A DNA stretch of 48,320 bases from a virus (IMGVR_UViG_3300020045_003154:1-48320); one strand, 5' to 3'. Counted from the stretch's first letter, positions 1 to 10,526 are shown. Made by a program: numbers and translations. The notes: a model not told the origin generated them from the letters alone.

Positions 1-29
1 CTGGTGGATATTTAAGCAAGAGGTGAATA

Positions 30-752
30 GTGGCTAATGACTTTCCTGTAGAAGAGATTATCGCTTATTGCAAGAGCAAGTTTCCTGAAGAGGCCTGCGG
101 ATTTGTTACTGTGTTTAAGGGAAGGCATAAGTGGATTCCCTGCGAGAACGTAGCAGGCAATAAGAATTCATTCTTCGCCATTCACCCCTTGGAGTTTGCT
201 AAGGCATCTGACGGCGGGGAGATTATCGCCGTAGTCCATAGCCACACGATCCACCCAACTGTCTTCAGCGAGACAGACGTTGCTTTCCAGAAGATACAAG
301 GTATTCCTTGGATGCTTGTAGGCCTTCAATCAGGCGAGGCCGAGATAGAGTGGCTTCGCGGAGAGCAGCAAGCAGATGCCCTATACGGAAGAAAATATAT
401 CTGGCACGTAACAGACTGCTACAGCTTCATCAAGGATTGGTATTTGCAAGAAAAGAAGATCTACATCCCTGACTTTGCTAGAGAAGAGCACTTCTGGAAA
501 AAGAATCAGGAGATCTACCTAGACAACTTCGCCAAGGCGGGGTTCTCTGAGGTTCCTCTAGCAAGTCTCCAAGAGGGGGACGTCTTGCTAATGCACATTG
601 GCGGAAACATCACAGGACATGGTGCAGTGTATCTTGGTAACAACAAGATAGGCCATCATCTCCCGGGGAGGCTCAGCAGCATTGACGTGATAGGACAATT
701 CTACCTTGATAGGGTTACTAAGGTGGTGAGACACAAGGACATGTTTAAATGA
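30..752 (+). CDS. Tail tip assembly protein K-like (JAB/MPN + NlpC/P60)
   Basis: EEACG and VHSH..S..D JAB motifs; DCY and GHGAVYLG..IGHH NlpC/P60 motifs; directly upstream of I- and J-like genes. Confidence 0.92.
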   Translation: MANDFPVEEIIAYCKSKFPEEACGFVTVFKGRHKWIPCENVAGNKNSFFAIHPLEFAKASDGGEIIAVVHSHTIHPTVFSETDVAFQKIQGIPWMLVGLQSGEAEIEWLRGEQQADALYGRKYIWHVTDCYSFIKDWYLQEKKIYIPDFAREEHFWKKNQEIYLDNFAKAGFSEVPLASLQEGDVLLMHIGGNITGHGAVYLGNNKIGHHLPGRLSSIDVIGQFYLDRVTKVVRHKDMFK

Positions 753-1363
753 CAAATACAATAGCACAGCCAATGACGTTTGAGCTGTATGGAGAGCTGG
801 GGGAGAAGTATGGCAAGACATTTACGATGTTTGTCTCGTCAGTTCGTGAAGGCATCTCCTTGTTGGCTGCCAACTTCAAAGATTTTAAGCAGCATCTGAT
901 TGATAGTGATAACCACTTGGCCGGATATGAGGTGTGGTCTGGGGACTATAATTTAGAGGGAACCCACCAAGATTTTGCTATGGCAAGGGTCGGGGGCACT
1001 GTAAAGATTATCCCTGTCATCAAGGGGGCTGGAGCCACAGGCCGGATTGTGCTCGGAGCAGTGATGGTAATTGTCGGGCTGGTTATTATGTATGTTACAT
1101 GGGGAACCGGATCGCCGTGGGTTGCCCCCCTGATTATGACAGGTATTGGCCTAATAGCTGGGGGTATCGCAGAAAAGCTTTCTAAAAAACCCAATGTAGA
1201 TATTGCAGACACGGCAGAAGTAGATAGTGCAACATCCTACCTATTCTCAGGCCCGACAAACAGCACAAAGCAAGGCAGACCTGTAGCTATTGGTTACGGA
1301 ACAATGATCGTGGGAAGCAACGTTATTAGTGCAGCAATTACAACAAGTGATATTCCAGTTTAG
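749..1363 (+). CDS. Tail tip assembly protein I-like
   Basis: LYGELGEKYG N-terminus, IIPVIKGAG, hydrophobic Gly-rich middle, SYLFSGPTNSTKQGRPVAIGYG C-terminus typical of lambda gpI. Confidence 0.92.
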   Translation: MTNTIAQPMTFELYGELGEKYGKTFTMFVSSVREGISLLAANFKDFKQHLIDSDNHLAGYEVWSGDYNLEGTHQDFAMARVGGTVKIIPVIKGAGATGRIVLGAVMVIVGLVIMYVTWGTGSPWVAPLIMTGIGLIAGGIAEKLSKKPNVDIADTAEVDSATSYLFSGPTNSTKQGRPVAIGYGTMIVGSNVISAAITTSDIPV

Positions 1364-1371
1364 GAGGCTTT

Positions 1372-4300
1372 ATGAAGAGGTATACAGTCGGGGCAGGCGG
1401 AGACACAGGCACCGGCACAGGGACACAACGGGCTGCCGTTGAAGATCCTAACAGCCTTCGTTCAAAGTCATATGCCAACATTATTGATGCGATTGGTGAA
1501 GGGGAGTTTGAAGAGGTGTGTGTAGGGGGGCTTAAAGGTCTTTACTTGAATGACATTGCAGCCCAGAACTCAGATGGCACAAATAACGTAGAAGGCATTA
1601 CACTGGAGACGCGTACTGGCTCATTATCCCAATCGCGGATGAACATTGCCAACACCACAGAAGCATCCTTTGCTGTCAGCACAGAGATGCTCTACAACCT
1701 GCCAGTGGAGAAGGCTGTAACTGGAACATCAGTAGACTATCTTCGTGTTGTTGTGGCAGTTCCTAGGCTCACCTTTCAAGATACTACAACAGGGGACTTG
1801 AGGGGAACGTCTGTTAATTACAGGATAGAGTACAACAGTGGCGACAATCCGACTTGGAGGGTTGTTCCTACGGCCACATCGAAGATTAACTACAACTTTG
1901 TCCCGTATGGCACCCCGCAGACTGGGTATTCTCGGTATGAAGTGAGATTTACGGTTTATCCTTCACGTTATTTTACTTCCGCAGAGATTCTAGCACCTTG
2001 CCTTTACACCCTGCAATACACCCTTAACGGCGGAACGTCTTGGATTGACGCCCAGAAACAAATTGCTTTCACAACATCAGACCTCTATGTGTTTATTGAC
2101 ACACTGAAGACAGACACTGTTGACTTCAGGCTGCTTGTTCAGAACTCTCCTAGTTTTGTTCCTGCGGGAACCCTTATCCAAGAGGCTTGGTCGCAGATCA
2201 CTAACCTGTATGCAGGAAACTATGTCGACGATGCTGGCACTCAGACTATTTCAGGAAAAACCACGAGCAGCTACGAAAAGCAAACGTCTTTCAAGGTGAC
2301 GGGGGAGAGTCCTTACACAGTAAGATGTATTCGTCTGACAGCAGACAGCACGTCGGAGGCTTTGCAGAATAAGACGGTGTTCCAAAGTGTCTCTGTTGTC
2401 ACAGAAGAAAAGTTTACATATCCGGGGACAGCTCTAGTAGGCCTTTCTGTAGATGCTACACAGTTTAATAGCATTCCCACAAGGGCTTTTCTGTGTAAGA
2501 TGCTGAAGGTAAAAGTTCCAACAAACTACAATCCACTCACGAGGGAGTACACAGGTTTCTGGAACGGGAGTTTTAAAACAGCTTGGACAGACAATCCTGC
2601 GTGGTGCTTCTACGATCTTATTACCAACAAACGGTATGGTCTTGGCGAGCGCGTTCCCGCTTCGTTTGTCGATGCAGCGGCTCTCTATGCCATTGGGCAG
2701 TATTGCGACGAATATGTGCCGAATGGTGAAGGTGGGATGGAGCCTCGCTTTACTTGTAATCTGTACATCCAGACGCAGCACGAGGCCTACAAAGTTATTT
2801 CGGACATGGCAAGTGTCTTCAGGGGTATCACCTATTGGGCTTCTGGAGCTATTGTTCCTGTGCAGGACAGTGAGAAGCAGCTTCGATACACATTTACGAA
2901 TGCTAATGTAATTGACGGGATGTTCCAGTATCAGGGCAGCGATGTTAATACACGCTACAATGCCGTATCTGTTACATGGAATGATCCTAAGAATATGTAC
3001 AGGCAGGCCGTAGAGTATGTGGCTGATGAACAAGCTATCGCGGCTCTTGGCTACATCAATCACACCTCCACTGTGGCTTTCGGCTGCACAAGCAAAGCTC
3101 AGGCCCGTAGAGCCGGGAAGTGGCTCCTCTACACAAATACCTATGAGACAGATGCTGTAACGTTCTCTACAGGGCTTGAGGGTGCAATTCCAATGCCCGG
3201 AGACCTAATCAGTATTGTGGACAGCTTACGTGCACTAGAACGACGCGGCGGGCGTGTTGTTGATGCTACCCTCACGGAAATTACTCTTGACACGGAAATG
3301 ACATTCCTTCCGGGGGTTGTCTATACATTCTCGGTCGCCAGTGATGCTGGTAACCTAATGGACGCCACGTTTGAGTACGACGGTACTACTCAAGTCATTA
3401 CGTTAGATGCTCCGCTATCTTCGCCGGTAGCTAAGGACAGTTTCTTTGCTATTGCAGATGACAACATCCCTGCCGCTCTTTACAGGGTTATAGCAATCTC
3501 AGAAGGAGAGGACAGCCTATATACAATATCTGCTGTGACGTATGATCCTTCTAAGTACAATTATGTAGAACTAGACGAGAGGCTGACTCCAACTACCGGC
3601 GCAATCGTCTATGTGGGGGGAGTCACAGGGATTACAACCACTGAGCTTCTGTATTCGGACGGGGCTGCCGTTAGAAGCAAGCTAGTTGTTGCATGGAAAG
3701 CTCCGGCTAAGGCGGTGGCCTACCAGCTGTACATTGTAGCGCCAGATGGGGTAAGGAGGGAAATATATCAAACAGATACCTCTTATGAGATTCTTGATAC
3801 ACTCCCCGGCGACTATAAAATAAGCATTGTAGCCTCAGATATTCTTGGCAACGTTAGTGTAACGACCACTGTTGTTGTAGCTGTCCTTGGCAAGCTTGCC
3901 CCGCCCGTGGCTGTCACCAACTTAGCGGTGAAAAGCTATAACGGGAATGGCGTAGTTACTTGGGACTTGCACCCTGACTTAGATGTACGGATTGGTGGAT
4001 TGGTGGTAATCAAGTACACTACTAAGACATCCAATGTACAGTGGGAAGATGGGGTTATTGTTGCAACAGTTCCGGGTGGCAACACCCAAGCTAATGTTCC
4101 ACTAATGACCGGAACGTACACGGCCAAGGCAATAGATGAGGGTGGAAGATACTCCACAGACTTCGCTTCAGCCTTGTCCTCTTTTGCAGAGTTGTCCGCA
4201 ACAAACGCGATGGCAACTTTAGTGGAAGATCCTGTGTTCTCGGGTGAAAAAGATAATTTGTTTGTATCCGGCGGATTGCTTACATTGTCCACGTCAAAGC

Positions 4301-4968
4301 TCTGGGATGATATAGCCTTAATAGACGAAGTGGAAGAGGTTGATTATTTAGGTTTTGGTAGCCTATCTGGGACATACTACTTCCGTGATGTTATCGACTT
4401 GACAGGAGTATACACTGTACGTGTGTACGGAACAGTGACAGGGTATGCAACAATCGAGGCAGATACCATAAACTCTCGCAACTACCCGCTTAACGAGTGG
4501 GCGAGATTCAACGGAGAAATAATCAACAACTCCGTAATAAAACTCATGATCTCCACAACCAACGATGATCCTGAGAATCCGTCTGCAGTGTGGGGAGAAT
4601 ATGTCGAGTTTATCGTAGCCGACTACACAGCAAGGGGCTTCAGGTTTAAGGTCGAGATGGCTGTTACACAAGGAGAGCACATTTTGTTTGTAGAGAATCT
4701 CTCTGTTAGCGTTGATGCAGTTGACCGTGTTGAGGGGCAAGATAATATCACAGTTCCTAGTACAGGATTTTCTGTCTCGTTTGCTAGCCCGTTTGCCACC
4801 ACACCTGCTATTGCAATCAGTATTGATGCGATGCAGAACGGAGACTACTACAGGCTTACCGGAAAGAGTCAGACAGGATTCACTGCCACATTGTACAACA
4901 GCTCAAACACTCCCGTCGCAAGACAAATTGATTGGATAGCAAAAGGCTACGGAAGAGAAATAATTTAA
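1372..4968 (+). CDS. Central tail fibre / tail tip host-specificity protein J-like
   Basis: DAIGEGE, VKVPTNYNP, AWTDNPAWCFYD, EPRFTCN, FGCTSKAQARRAGKW motifs; FN3-like segments; 1198 aa. Confidence 0.95.
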   Translation: MKRYTVGAGGDTGTGTGTQRAAVEDPNSLRSKSYANIIDAIGEGEFEEVCVGGLKGLYLNDIAAQNSDGTNNVEGITLETRTGSLSQSRMNIANTTEASFAVSTEMLYNLPVEKAVTGTSVDYLRVVVAVPRLTFQDTTTGDLRGTSVNYRIEYNSGDNPTWRVVPTATSKINYNFVPYGTPQTGYSRYEVRFTVYPSRYFTSAEILAPCLYTLQYTLNGGTSWIDAQKQIAFTTSDLYVFIDTLKTDTVDFRLLVQNSPSFVPAGTLIQEAWSQITNLYAGNYVDDAGTQTISGKTTSSYEKQTSFKVTGESPYTVRCIRLTADSTSEALQNKTVFQSVSVVTEEKFTYPGTALVGLSVDATQFNSIPTRAFLCKMLKVKVPTNYNPLTREYTGFWNGSFKTAWTDNPAWCFYDLITNKRYGLGERVPASFVDAAALYAIGQYCDEYVPNGEGGMEPRFTCNLYIQTQHEAYKVISDMASVFRGITYWASGAIVPVQDSEKQLRYTFTNANVIDGMFQYQGSDVNTRYNAVSVTWNDPKNMYRQAVEYVADEQAIAALGYINHTSTVAFGCTSKAQARRAGKWLLYTNTYETDAVTFSTGLEGAIPMPGDLISIVDSLRALERRGGRVVDATLTEITLDTEMTFLPGVVYTFSVASDAGNLMDATFEYDGTTQVITLDAPLSSPVAKDSFFAIADDNIPAALYRVIAISEGEDSLYTISAVTYDPSKYNYVELDERLTPTTGAIVYVGGVTGITTTELLYSDGAAVRSKLVVAWKAPAKAVAYQLYIVAPDGVRREIYQTDTSYEILDTLPGDYKISIVASDILGNVSVTTTVVVAVLGKLAPPVAVTNLAVKSYNGNGVVTWDLHPDLDVRIGGLVVIKYTTKTSNVQWEDGVIVATVPGGNTQANVPLMTGTYTAKAIDEGGRYSTDFASALSSFAELSATNAMATLVEDPVFSGEKDNLFVSGGLLTLSTSKLWDDIALIDEVEEVDYLGFGSLSGTYYFRDVIDLTGVYTVRVYGTVTGYATIEADTINSRNYPLNEWARFNGEIINNSVIKLMISTTNDDPENPSAVWGEYVEFIVADYTARGFRFKVEMAVTQGEHILFVENLSVSVDAVDRVEGQDNITVPSTGFSVSFASPFATTPAIAISIDAMQNGDYYRLTGKSQTGFTATLYNSSNTPVARQIDWIAKGYGREII

Positions 4969-5005
4969 GCTCTATACATGGGCGCTTTCAATAAAAGGAA
5001 AATAA

Positions 5006-6955
5006 ATGACACAGTCAACAATACAGATGGTAAACGAAACAGGCTTGGATTTCAGGCTCCATTTAAATGAGGGGCTTGAGAGCCTTGCCACAGATTTTGC
5101 TGGGCCTCTCGCGCCTGTAGAGTATGTACCATACAGCACATGGCTGGACACATCTACTCCAAGCGAACCTGTTATGAAAAGACGGAACTCTGGGAATACT
5201 GGCTGGGTGACTGAGGTAGCAACAGCAGATAAAATAGATTACACAAGGGGTGTTCCAGAAGCCACGCCACAAAAGTTGAACGTGGCCTTGGACAACCTGT
5301 TCGCAAAGATGGATCATCAAGACATCCACCTACAAGACTACTTTTCTGGAGTCCTCGCCCCTTCTGCAGATATAACCTCCAGCCTGCAGGCGGCAATCAA
5401 TGCCGCTAGGGCAAGAGTGGTCTCATCAGGAGGCTGTGCAACAGTGCGGATACCTGCGGGGTATTTCTTTAACCTTAGTGCCACAATTGTTATACCATCT
5501 GGAGTGTTTATTGAGGGCAATGGCAGTGTACAGACCTATTTACGGAGGACTGGAGACTACGGCCATACATTTGTTGTAGGCACTGCCAATCCCGCAACAA
5601 ATGTGCAATGTGCAGGCATCCGTAATATGTGCATCTACCATGACCACGGTTCCGGGCCTGTTCCTCCTCTAGCTGCGGAGAGTTGGGTTAATCCTGTAGC
5701 ATCAAATTCAGCACATATTGTAGCTTACACGCCCGTACATTGTGATTTTTCTGGTTTAAGTTTGTATTCACTTAGGGGGTCTTTAGTAATACAAGGGGGA
5801 TCTTTCAGTAGAGTGTACGATGTTGACACATATGGCACTTGGGATGAGAATTATACAGCAATGCAGGAGTCTGCGCTTGGTCTACTCATAGATCAGGATA
5901 CCGCTGTCACTGGATCAATTCCTACTTGGCACTTAATCCAGTTTTGTAGGTTTGGGGGAACAACTCGTCCAAACACCACGCTTAATTATTGGGGGGATAA
6001 AACAAAAACGGATACGAAAAATATTGGCCCTCGCAACGGCTTGGTTATACAGGGTGGGGAGGCCATATATGTTGATAACAGCTATACTGGGGCTTGCAAC
6101 TCAAACGGTATTCTACTTTCCAGCAAGGGCGGAAGTATTTTGGCAGGAGTGTTTATCTCCAACCATTTCTTCGATCCTTGCGGTATTAAGTACGAAGATG
6201 CTTGTCTGAGATTTGAGAACAGGGATGCGGGAGGCATCATTGATGGCGTAACAGTATCGAACGCTCAATTTAAAGGGCAAACTAATGGTTGGAGAGCAGT
6301 CAGTGATTATGGCAGCACTGCTACAAATGGGTCGGTAAAAGATTTTATTATTGATGGTCACGCCTCTATTTTTGTTGGAAATCCATTAGAGCTTACCAAT
6401 ATGCGGCGAGCAACGATAAATATGAACATTGCCGCTTATAATTATCAAAACTGGTACTTAGCAGATCAGGCGTGCGCCGTACATGTTGGGTCTTCCTGTT
6501 CTGTGGTAAGAGTGGGCGGTATTATCGGGGGAGGTGTCTACGGAGAGGTAGCTGCCGGAGCTAATAATAGATGTATTGACGGCGTTAGAGCAGACTCATG
6601 GCTCGAAAGCCGCGTCGAGGTAACCTCTACAAACGGAGGGCTGTCAGGGGAACTATTTGTTGGGCCTCCCGCTAAATCAGCTTTAGCCCTCAACACAACA
6701 AACTGGACTGTCACCCCAAGAGTGAGTAGTAGCAATATATTTCATATTCAAACCCTTACCGACAATGTGACTGCGACTCTTAGTACCACCAACGCCGTTG
6801 ATGGAGACGAAATAACAATCACAAGAACCAGCGGGGGAGCTTTTAACATGGCCGTGGTAGGATATTCTACCAGAAATCTATCAACAAATACTTGGGTTAC
6901 TTTTAGTTTTGTTGTGGGCGTGGGCTGGGTACAAAAAGCTTATGGAACAATTTAA
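5006..6955 (+). CDS. Tail spike/fibre with putative parallel beta-helix (pectate-lyase-like) depolymerase domain
   Basis: DITSSLQAAINAA..TVRIPAGYF..IVIPSGVFIEGNG entry motif of beta-helix tailspikes; position after J. Confidence 0.75.
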   Translation: MTQSTIQMVNETGLDFRLHLNEGLESLATDFAGPLAPVEYVPYSTWLDTSTPSEPVMKRRNSGNTGWVTEVATADKIDYTRGVPEATPQKLNVALDNLFAKMDHQDIHLQDYFSGVLAPSADITSSLQAAINAARARVVSSGGCATVRIPAGYFFNLSATIVIPSGVFIEGNGSVQTYLRRTGDYGHTFVVGTANPATNVQCAGIRNMCIYHDHGSGPVPPLAAESWVNPVASNSAHIVAYTPVHCDFSGLSLYSLRGSLVIQGGSFSRVYDVDTYGTWDENYTAMQESALGLLIDQDTAVTGSIPTWHLIQFCRFGGTTRPNTTLNYWGDKTKTDTKNIGPRNGLVIQGGEAIYVDNSYTGACNSNGILLSSKGGSILAGVFISNHFFDPCGIKYEDACLRFENRDAGGIIDGVTVSNAQFKGQTNGWRAVSDYGSTATNGSVKDFIIDGHASIFVGNPLELTNMRRATINMNIAAYNYQNWYLADQACAVHVGSSCSVVRVGGIIGGGVYGEVAAGANNRCIDGVRADSWLESRVEVTSTNGGLSGELFVGPPAKSALALNTTNWTVTPRVSSSNIFHIQTLTDNVTATLSTTNAVDGDEITITRTSGGAFNMAVVGYSTRNLSTNTWVTFSFVVGVGWVQKAYGTI

Positions 6956-6966
6956 AAGAGGTAAAT

Positions 6967-7908
6967 ATGACACAACCAAGCGTAATGCAGATTGACGGCA
7001 ACTATACAGGCCCAGTATTTGCTGTAAAACTAAATGAAGTCCTCGCCGCGCACACCACTGTGTTCGCAGGAGATTTATCTCCTACAGCTCCCGTAGCAAA
7101 CATGGTGTGGCAGGATACCTCAATAGATCCGCCGATGTTCCGTCGCAGAAACAGTACAAACAGTGCTTGGGACACAATGGGGCAGTTCTCAAACAACACC
7201 TATTATGGAGACTGTACAGGGGCTGCTGGAACCACTGATACCTTGGCTACCCCCAGAGTGATTTCCCTCAGTGGAGATGTAACTGGAAGTGCAGGCTTCG
7301 ATGGTAGTGCGAATGCTCCCATCGCAGCTACACTGAAGACTTCAAACTCCGCTCCCGGCACATATGGAAGTGCCAATAATGTTCCTATTACAACAGTGAA
7401 TAATAAGGGGCTGGTTACATCTATTGTTAATCAAACAATCGACTTTCCAGTAGACAGTTTTAACGGCAGATTAGGGAACATCTCTTTGAACAGCACGGAC
7501 GTATTTAACGTGCTGCCGGGCAAAGCAGGAAACAAGTATAAATTTCTGCGGCTCAGTGCTGCCGAGAATACACTTGAATGGGCTTCTCCAGCAGGCAGCC
7601 CGCCAGTCCTTACCTATGACGTAATTAAGTCTCAGCCCGGAGGGGACTTTGGCGGTGCTGGCTTCTATCTTCACCTAAGAGCCAACGCAGGAACGGGGAT
7701 GTACAAGGTAAGAGTAACCGAGGGGGCCAACGCATGTTACCGCCGCTTTTCTGTTGTGGACGACCCAATGGGAGATGCATATGTAAACTACTCCTATGGC
7801 TGTGTGAATGGAGAGGGGGCACACGGAGACTACATAGAAGTAGTTGACGGGGTATACATCACGAACGGATTTGAAACAGATAATCGTATTCAGGTTTGGA
7901 AACTGTAA
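6967..7908 (+). CDS. Second tail fibre protein
   Basis: N-terminus paralogous to 5006 gene; LATPRVISLSGDVTGSAGFDGSAN and VDSFNGRLGNISL fibre motifs. Confidence 0.8.
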   Translation: MTQPSVMQIDGNYTGPVFAVKLNEVLAAHTTVFAGDLSPTAPVANMVWQDTSIDPPMFRRRNSTNSAWDTMGQFSNNTYYGDCTGAAGTTDTLATPRVISLSGDVTGSAGFDGSANAPIAATLKTSNSAPGTYGSANNVPITTVNNKGLVTSIVNQTIDFPVDSFNGRLGNISLNSTDVFNVLPGKAGNKYKFLRLSAAENTLEWASPAGSPPVLTYDVIKSQPGGDFGGAGFYLHLRANAGTGMYKVRVTEGANACYRRFSVVDDPMGDAYVNYSYGCVNGEGAHGDYIEVVDGVYITNGFETDNRIQVWKL

Positions 7909-7913
7909 CAAAC

Positions 7914-7944
7914 AAAGCCCTACTCCTTTCGGAGTAGGGCTTTT
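7914..7944. terminator. Bidirectional intrinsic terminator between convergent tail and replication modules
   Basis: AAAGCCCTACTCC-TTTC-GGAGTAGGGCTTTT perfect stem with A/T tracts on both sides. Confidence 0.92.
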
Positions 7945-7952
7945 CTCACATA

Positions 7953-8195
7953 TTATTCGCCAGCAAGGAAGCGCAGAGTTTCAATCTCTTCTTCCATTTC
8001 ATCCAGCTTTTCCTTGAACAAGGTATTATAAAGCTTCGTCACTACTTTCTTCTCAAGGCCAGTAGCTTCAGCAGCGACTTCATAAATATCTTTGAGATTC
8101 TCCTTTGCAGCTACGATCTCAGATAGATGACCGAAGGCTTCAGATTTGTATTGCTTCAGCAGATCACGTTGTTGCTGGGTAAGAATGATTTCCAT
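7953..8195 (-). CDS. T4 DsbA / GapR-like dsDNA-binding protein
   Basis: LLKQYKSEAFGH..ENLKDIYEVAAEATGLEKKVVTKL pattern recalls T4 DsbA; ATG at 8195 after GAAAGG RBS. Confidence 0.6.
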   Translation of the reverse strand: MEIILTQQQRDLLKQYKSEAFGHLSEIVAAKENLKDIYEVAAEATGLEKKVVTKLYNTLFKEKLDEMEEEIETLRFLAGE

Positions 8196-8319
8196 ATTAT
8201 TTCCTTTCAAGGTTAATTAAACAAATATTTGACACAAGATACAGATGCCAACACAGGCAACGAGACAGTACAAACTGCATAGATTGTTGCTACAAATTCA
8301 ATGATAAACTCTTTCATTC

Positions 8320-8847
8320 TTATTCTCCTGTGTAGAACATATCTTCGTCAGCAGACAGACTGCCACGAATGCTCATCTGAATGTCTCGGAGAATAGCCAT
8401 CTCTTCGAGGTCGCTGTAATAGTCTTCTTCTGCTTCAACATCTTCAATCACGAGCTTCCCCTTTGCTTTTTTAGTTTCTACAGCGATGGCATACTTTTCA
8501 AAACTTTCCCAATTAACAGACTCCTGACTCATCCTAACCATCTCTGCTGCCAAGTCTTTATCTACTTGGGAGTGAATACGGGCAGACAAAGAGCATTGAC
8601 GCGTGGAAGTCCATTCCTTGTCCATACGTTCATGGAAGGCGTAGCGGTAGCCTACGATTGCTTGCTTGCTCTCAGAAGACCGATGCTTACAGCCCTGAAT
8701 GGACATTGTGCGGTTTGTGTCCGCACCAAGGCTAAACAGGTACGGCTGAACCTTGCTGTCCATGTTTGTCTGGAGCAGATCAAACTGGTTAAGGCCTTTG
8801 AACTCAGGAATACGCAGAACATCTCGAAACGAATAGGCTACAATCAT
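8320..8847 (-). CDS. Hypothetical protein
   Basis: 175 aa ORF, overlaps neighbour in operon. Confidence 0.7.
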   Translation of the reverse strand: MIVAYSFRDVLRIPEFKGLNQFDLLQTNMDSKVQPYLFSLGADTNRTMSIQGCKHRSSESKQAIVGYRYAFHERMDKEWTSTRQCSLSARIHSQVDKDLAAEMVRMSQESVNWESFEKYAIAVETKKAKGKLVIEDVEAEEDYYSDLEEMAILRDIQMSIRGSLSADEDMFYTGE

Positions 8848-9119
8848 TGTGCAGCCCCCAACATCTTGATATTATCTGCCACTTCCTTCTTCAGAGCGTG
8901 CCACTCCTTTGCCGCGATAGCTGTGTAGCCAGAGATTTCCTCTGCTGCCTGAACGTCGTAGGAGCCTCGTGCTGCTGTGTTGGTGGCTACGAGGTAGGTA
9001 TCTACCAGACACTTAGCTGTATCCGTGTAGCGGGCCTCTACGATGCTTACAGAGGCATTCTCTTTATCTAGGCAGTAGTAAGTATCCCAGACACTACCCT
9101 CTTGCTTAAAGTACTTCAT
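8844..9119 (-). CDS. Hypothetical protein
   Basis: ORF with RBS and ATGA overlaps. Confidence 0.65.
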   Translation of the reverse strand: MKYFKQEGSVWDTYYCLDKENASVSIVEARYTDTAKCLVDTYLVATNTAARGSYDVQAAEEISGYTAIAAKEWHALKKEVADNIKMLGAAQ

Positions 9120-9595
9120 ACTTCCTCCTTGTAGGTTGGGGTGAATTCGGATACATTGGCCTTGGCATACGAGATCGGCTTCATAAGCTTATTTGCCGAA
9201 TTGAAGCACCCCCATTTATCACGATCAACTTGCCGCAATTCGTAATAGTCTTGTGTTGAGGATTGGTAGCCAGCCAATGTGTAAAACCCATCAGTTTGTG
9301 TTGTACAGAACTTTGACATGTTGTTGGAATTGGTGACGCCCCATGCTGAATAAACGTCATACCCGCTGCGTGATAGCATTGCGGCAAAGCCGAAGTTTAC
9401 AACAAGACAATCTGTAAGCTCCTTCAGGATTTCCTCCTCACTTTGGCTCTCCACGGCAAAGACTAGCTCCTTCGCTTCTTCCAACACAAGCTTTGCTTGA
9501 TTAAGCAAATCATCTCGGCTTACCACATGATCCAGCTTTCCTGTCAAAGTTTGAAACTCTACAACACTTGCTACACAATCATATATTCGATTCAT
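9116..9595 (-). CDS. MazG-like all-alpha NTP pyrophosphohydrolase
   Basis: LEEAKEL..EILKELTDCLVV..SNNMSK..KLMKP motifs. Confidence 0.8.
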   Translation of the reverse strand: MNRIYDCVASVVEFQTLTGKLDHVVSRDDLLNQAKLVLEEAKELVFAVESQSEEEILKELTDCLVVNFGFAAMLSRSGYDVYSAWGVTNSNNMSKFCTTQTDGFYTLAGYQSSTQDYYELRQVDRDKWGCFNSANKLMKPISYAKANVSEFTPTYKEEV

Positions 9596-9607
9596 CAGTC
9601 CTCCTTG

Positions 9608-9922
9608 TCACGTTCTATGCCGATATTGCCACACATTATATTGCTCATTGAACACAGCTACATTTTCAAGATGTTGCCCAAGGACTTTATTGAAATACTT
9701 CCACAAGGGTGTCTCCTTCGTCAGAACGTGCCATGTGTTACTTGAGTAGTCCATGCCGTCAATTGTAACACACTTCTTGTCCCAGACTCCAGTTATTTCT
9801 CCACGAACATCAACAAACATTGGATGGCGAGCATCACGCTCAAAAGCGATACGGGAAACATCGCCATCCTTTGCCAGAGCAACTGTAACACCCATTGAAG
9901 GGAGATGTTCTTGTACAATCAT
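9608..9922 (-). CDS. Hypothetical protein
   Basis: ORF tightly packed in operon. Confidence 0.6.
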   Translation of the reverse strand: MIVQEHLPSMGVTVALAKDGDVSRIAFERDARHPMFVDVRGEITGVWDKKCVTIDGMDYSSNTWHVLTKETPLWKYFNKVLGQHLENVAVFNEQYNVWQYRHRT

Positions 9923-10104
9923 CAGTTGTCGTACTCGTACATAATTTCTGTTGTCTCATGCCCAAGTTTTTGTACAAGGTAAACAATGTCATCCGGGGTG
10001 TTAAAATCCCAGAAGTTGCCTTCAAAATAAACCTCTCCGTCTATCTTGATACAGAGCATTTCAGCATCATTATCTGTATAAATATCCACAGTTTTGTTTG
10101 ACAT
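9922..10104 (-). CDS. Small acidic hypothetical protein
   Basis: AAGGAG RBS, operon packing. Confidence 0.6.
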   Translation of the reverse strand: MSNKTVDIYTDNDAEMLCIKIDGEVYFEGNFWDFNTPDDIVYLVQKLGHETTEIMYEYDN

Positions 10105-10115
10105 GTTATTTCTCC

Positions 10116-10298
10116 TTATCCACGACTATCAATAACTTGGCTATACTTCCGAATACGAGAGGGCACAGCAAGGCTCTTAGATGCCTTCAGATAACGCTGA
10201 AGGGCACGAGCGCCATCACGGGTAGGATCGCCTTGCAGGAGGGTGTAGGAGCCGTTGATAAGCCCTTCTACGGCCCAGAAGTAATTAGTGCTGTTCAT
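10116..10298 (-). CDS. Hypothetical protein
   Basis: AAGGAG RBS. Confidence 0.55.
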   Translation of the reverse strand: MNSTNYFWAVEGLINGSYTLLQGDPTRDGARALQRYLKASKSLAVPSRIRKYSQVIDSRG

Positions 10299-10515
10299 TT
10301 TGTTTCTCCTTCTCGTTTTTCCACAGGGTCAGTAGCTCTCGGGCAAACAATACATACCCTGTATTTACTCCATCTTCAAAGCTTGCAGAGACTTCACTGA
10401 AATCCTCATCATCGTAGCAGCACTCTTCTGCTGCCACCTTTGCAAGTTTCTCTACCATTTCTTTAATCCCCGGAAGCCCGGCTACATTGATTTTTAGTGC
10501 TACAAGTTCTGCCAT
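10285..10515 (-). CDS. Hypothetical protein
   Basis: AAGGAG RBS. Confidence 0.6.
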   Translation of the reverse strand: MAELVALKINVAGLPGIKEMVEKLAKVAAEECCYDDEDFSEVSASFEDGVNTGYVLFARELLTLWKNEKEKQNEQH

Positions 10516-10526
10516 TTGTTTCTCCT

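Noticed and set aside
2434-3063. 209-aa minus-strand ORF within tail J
   Set aside because: Antisense to a well-conserved gene; no motifs
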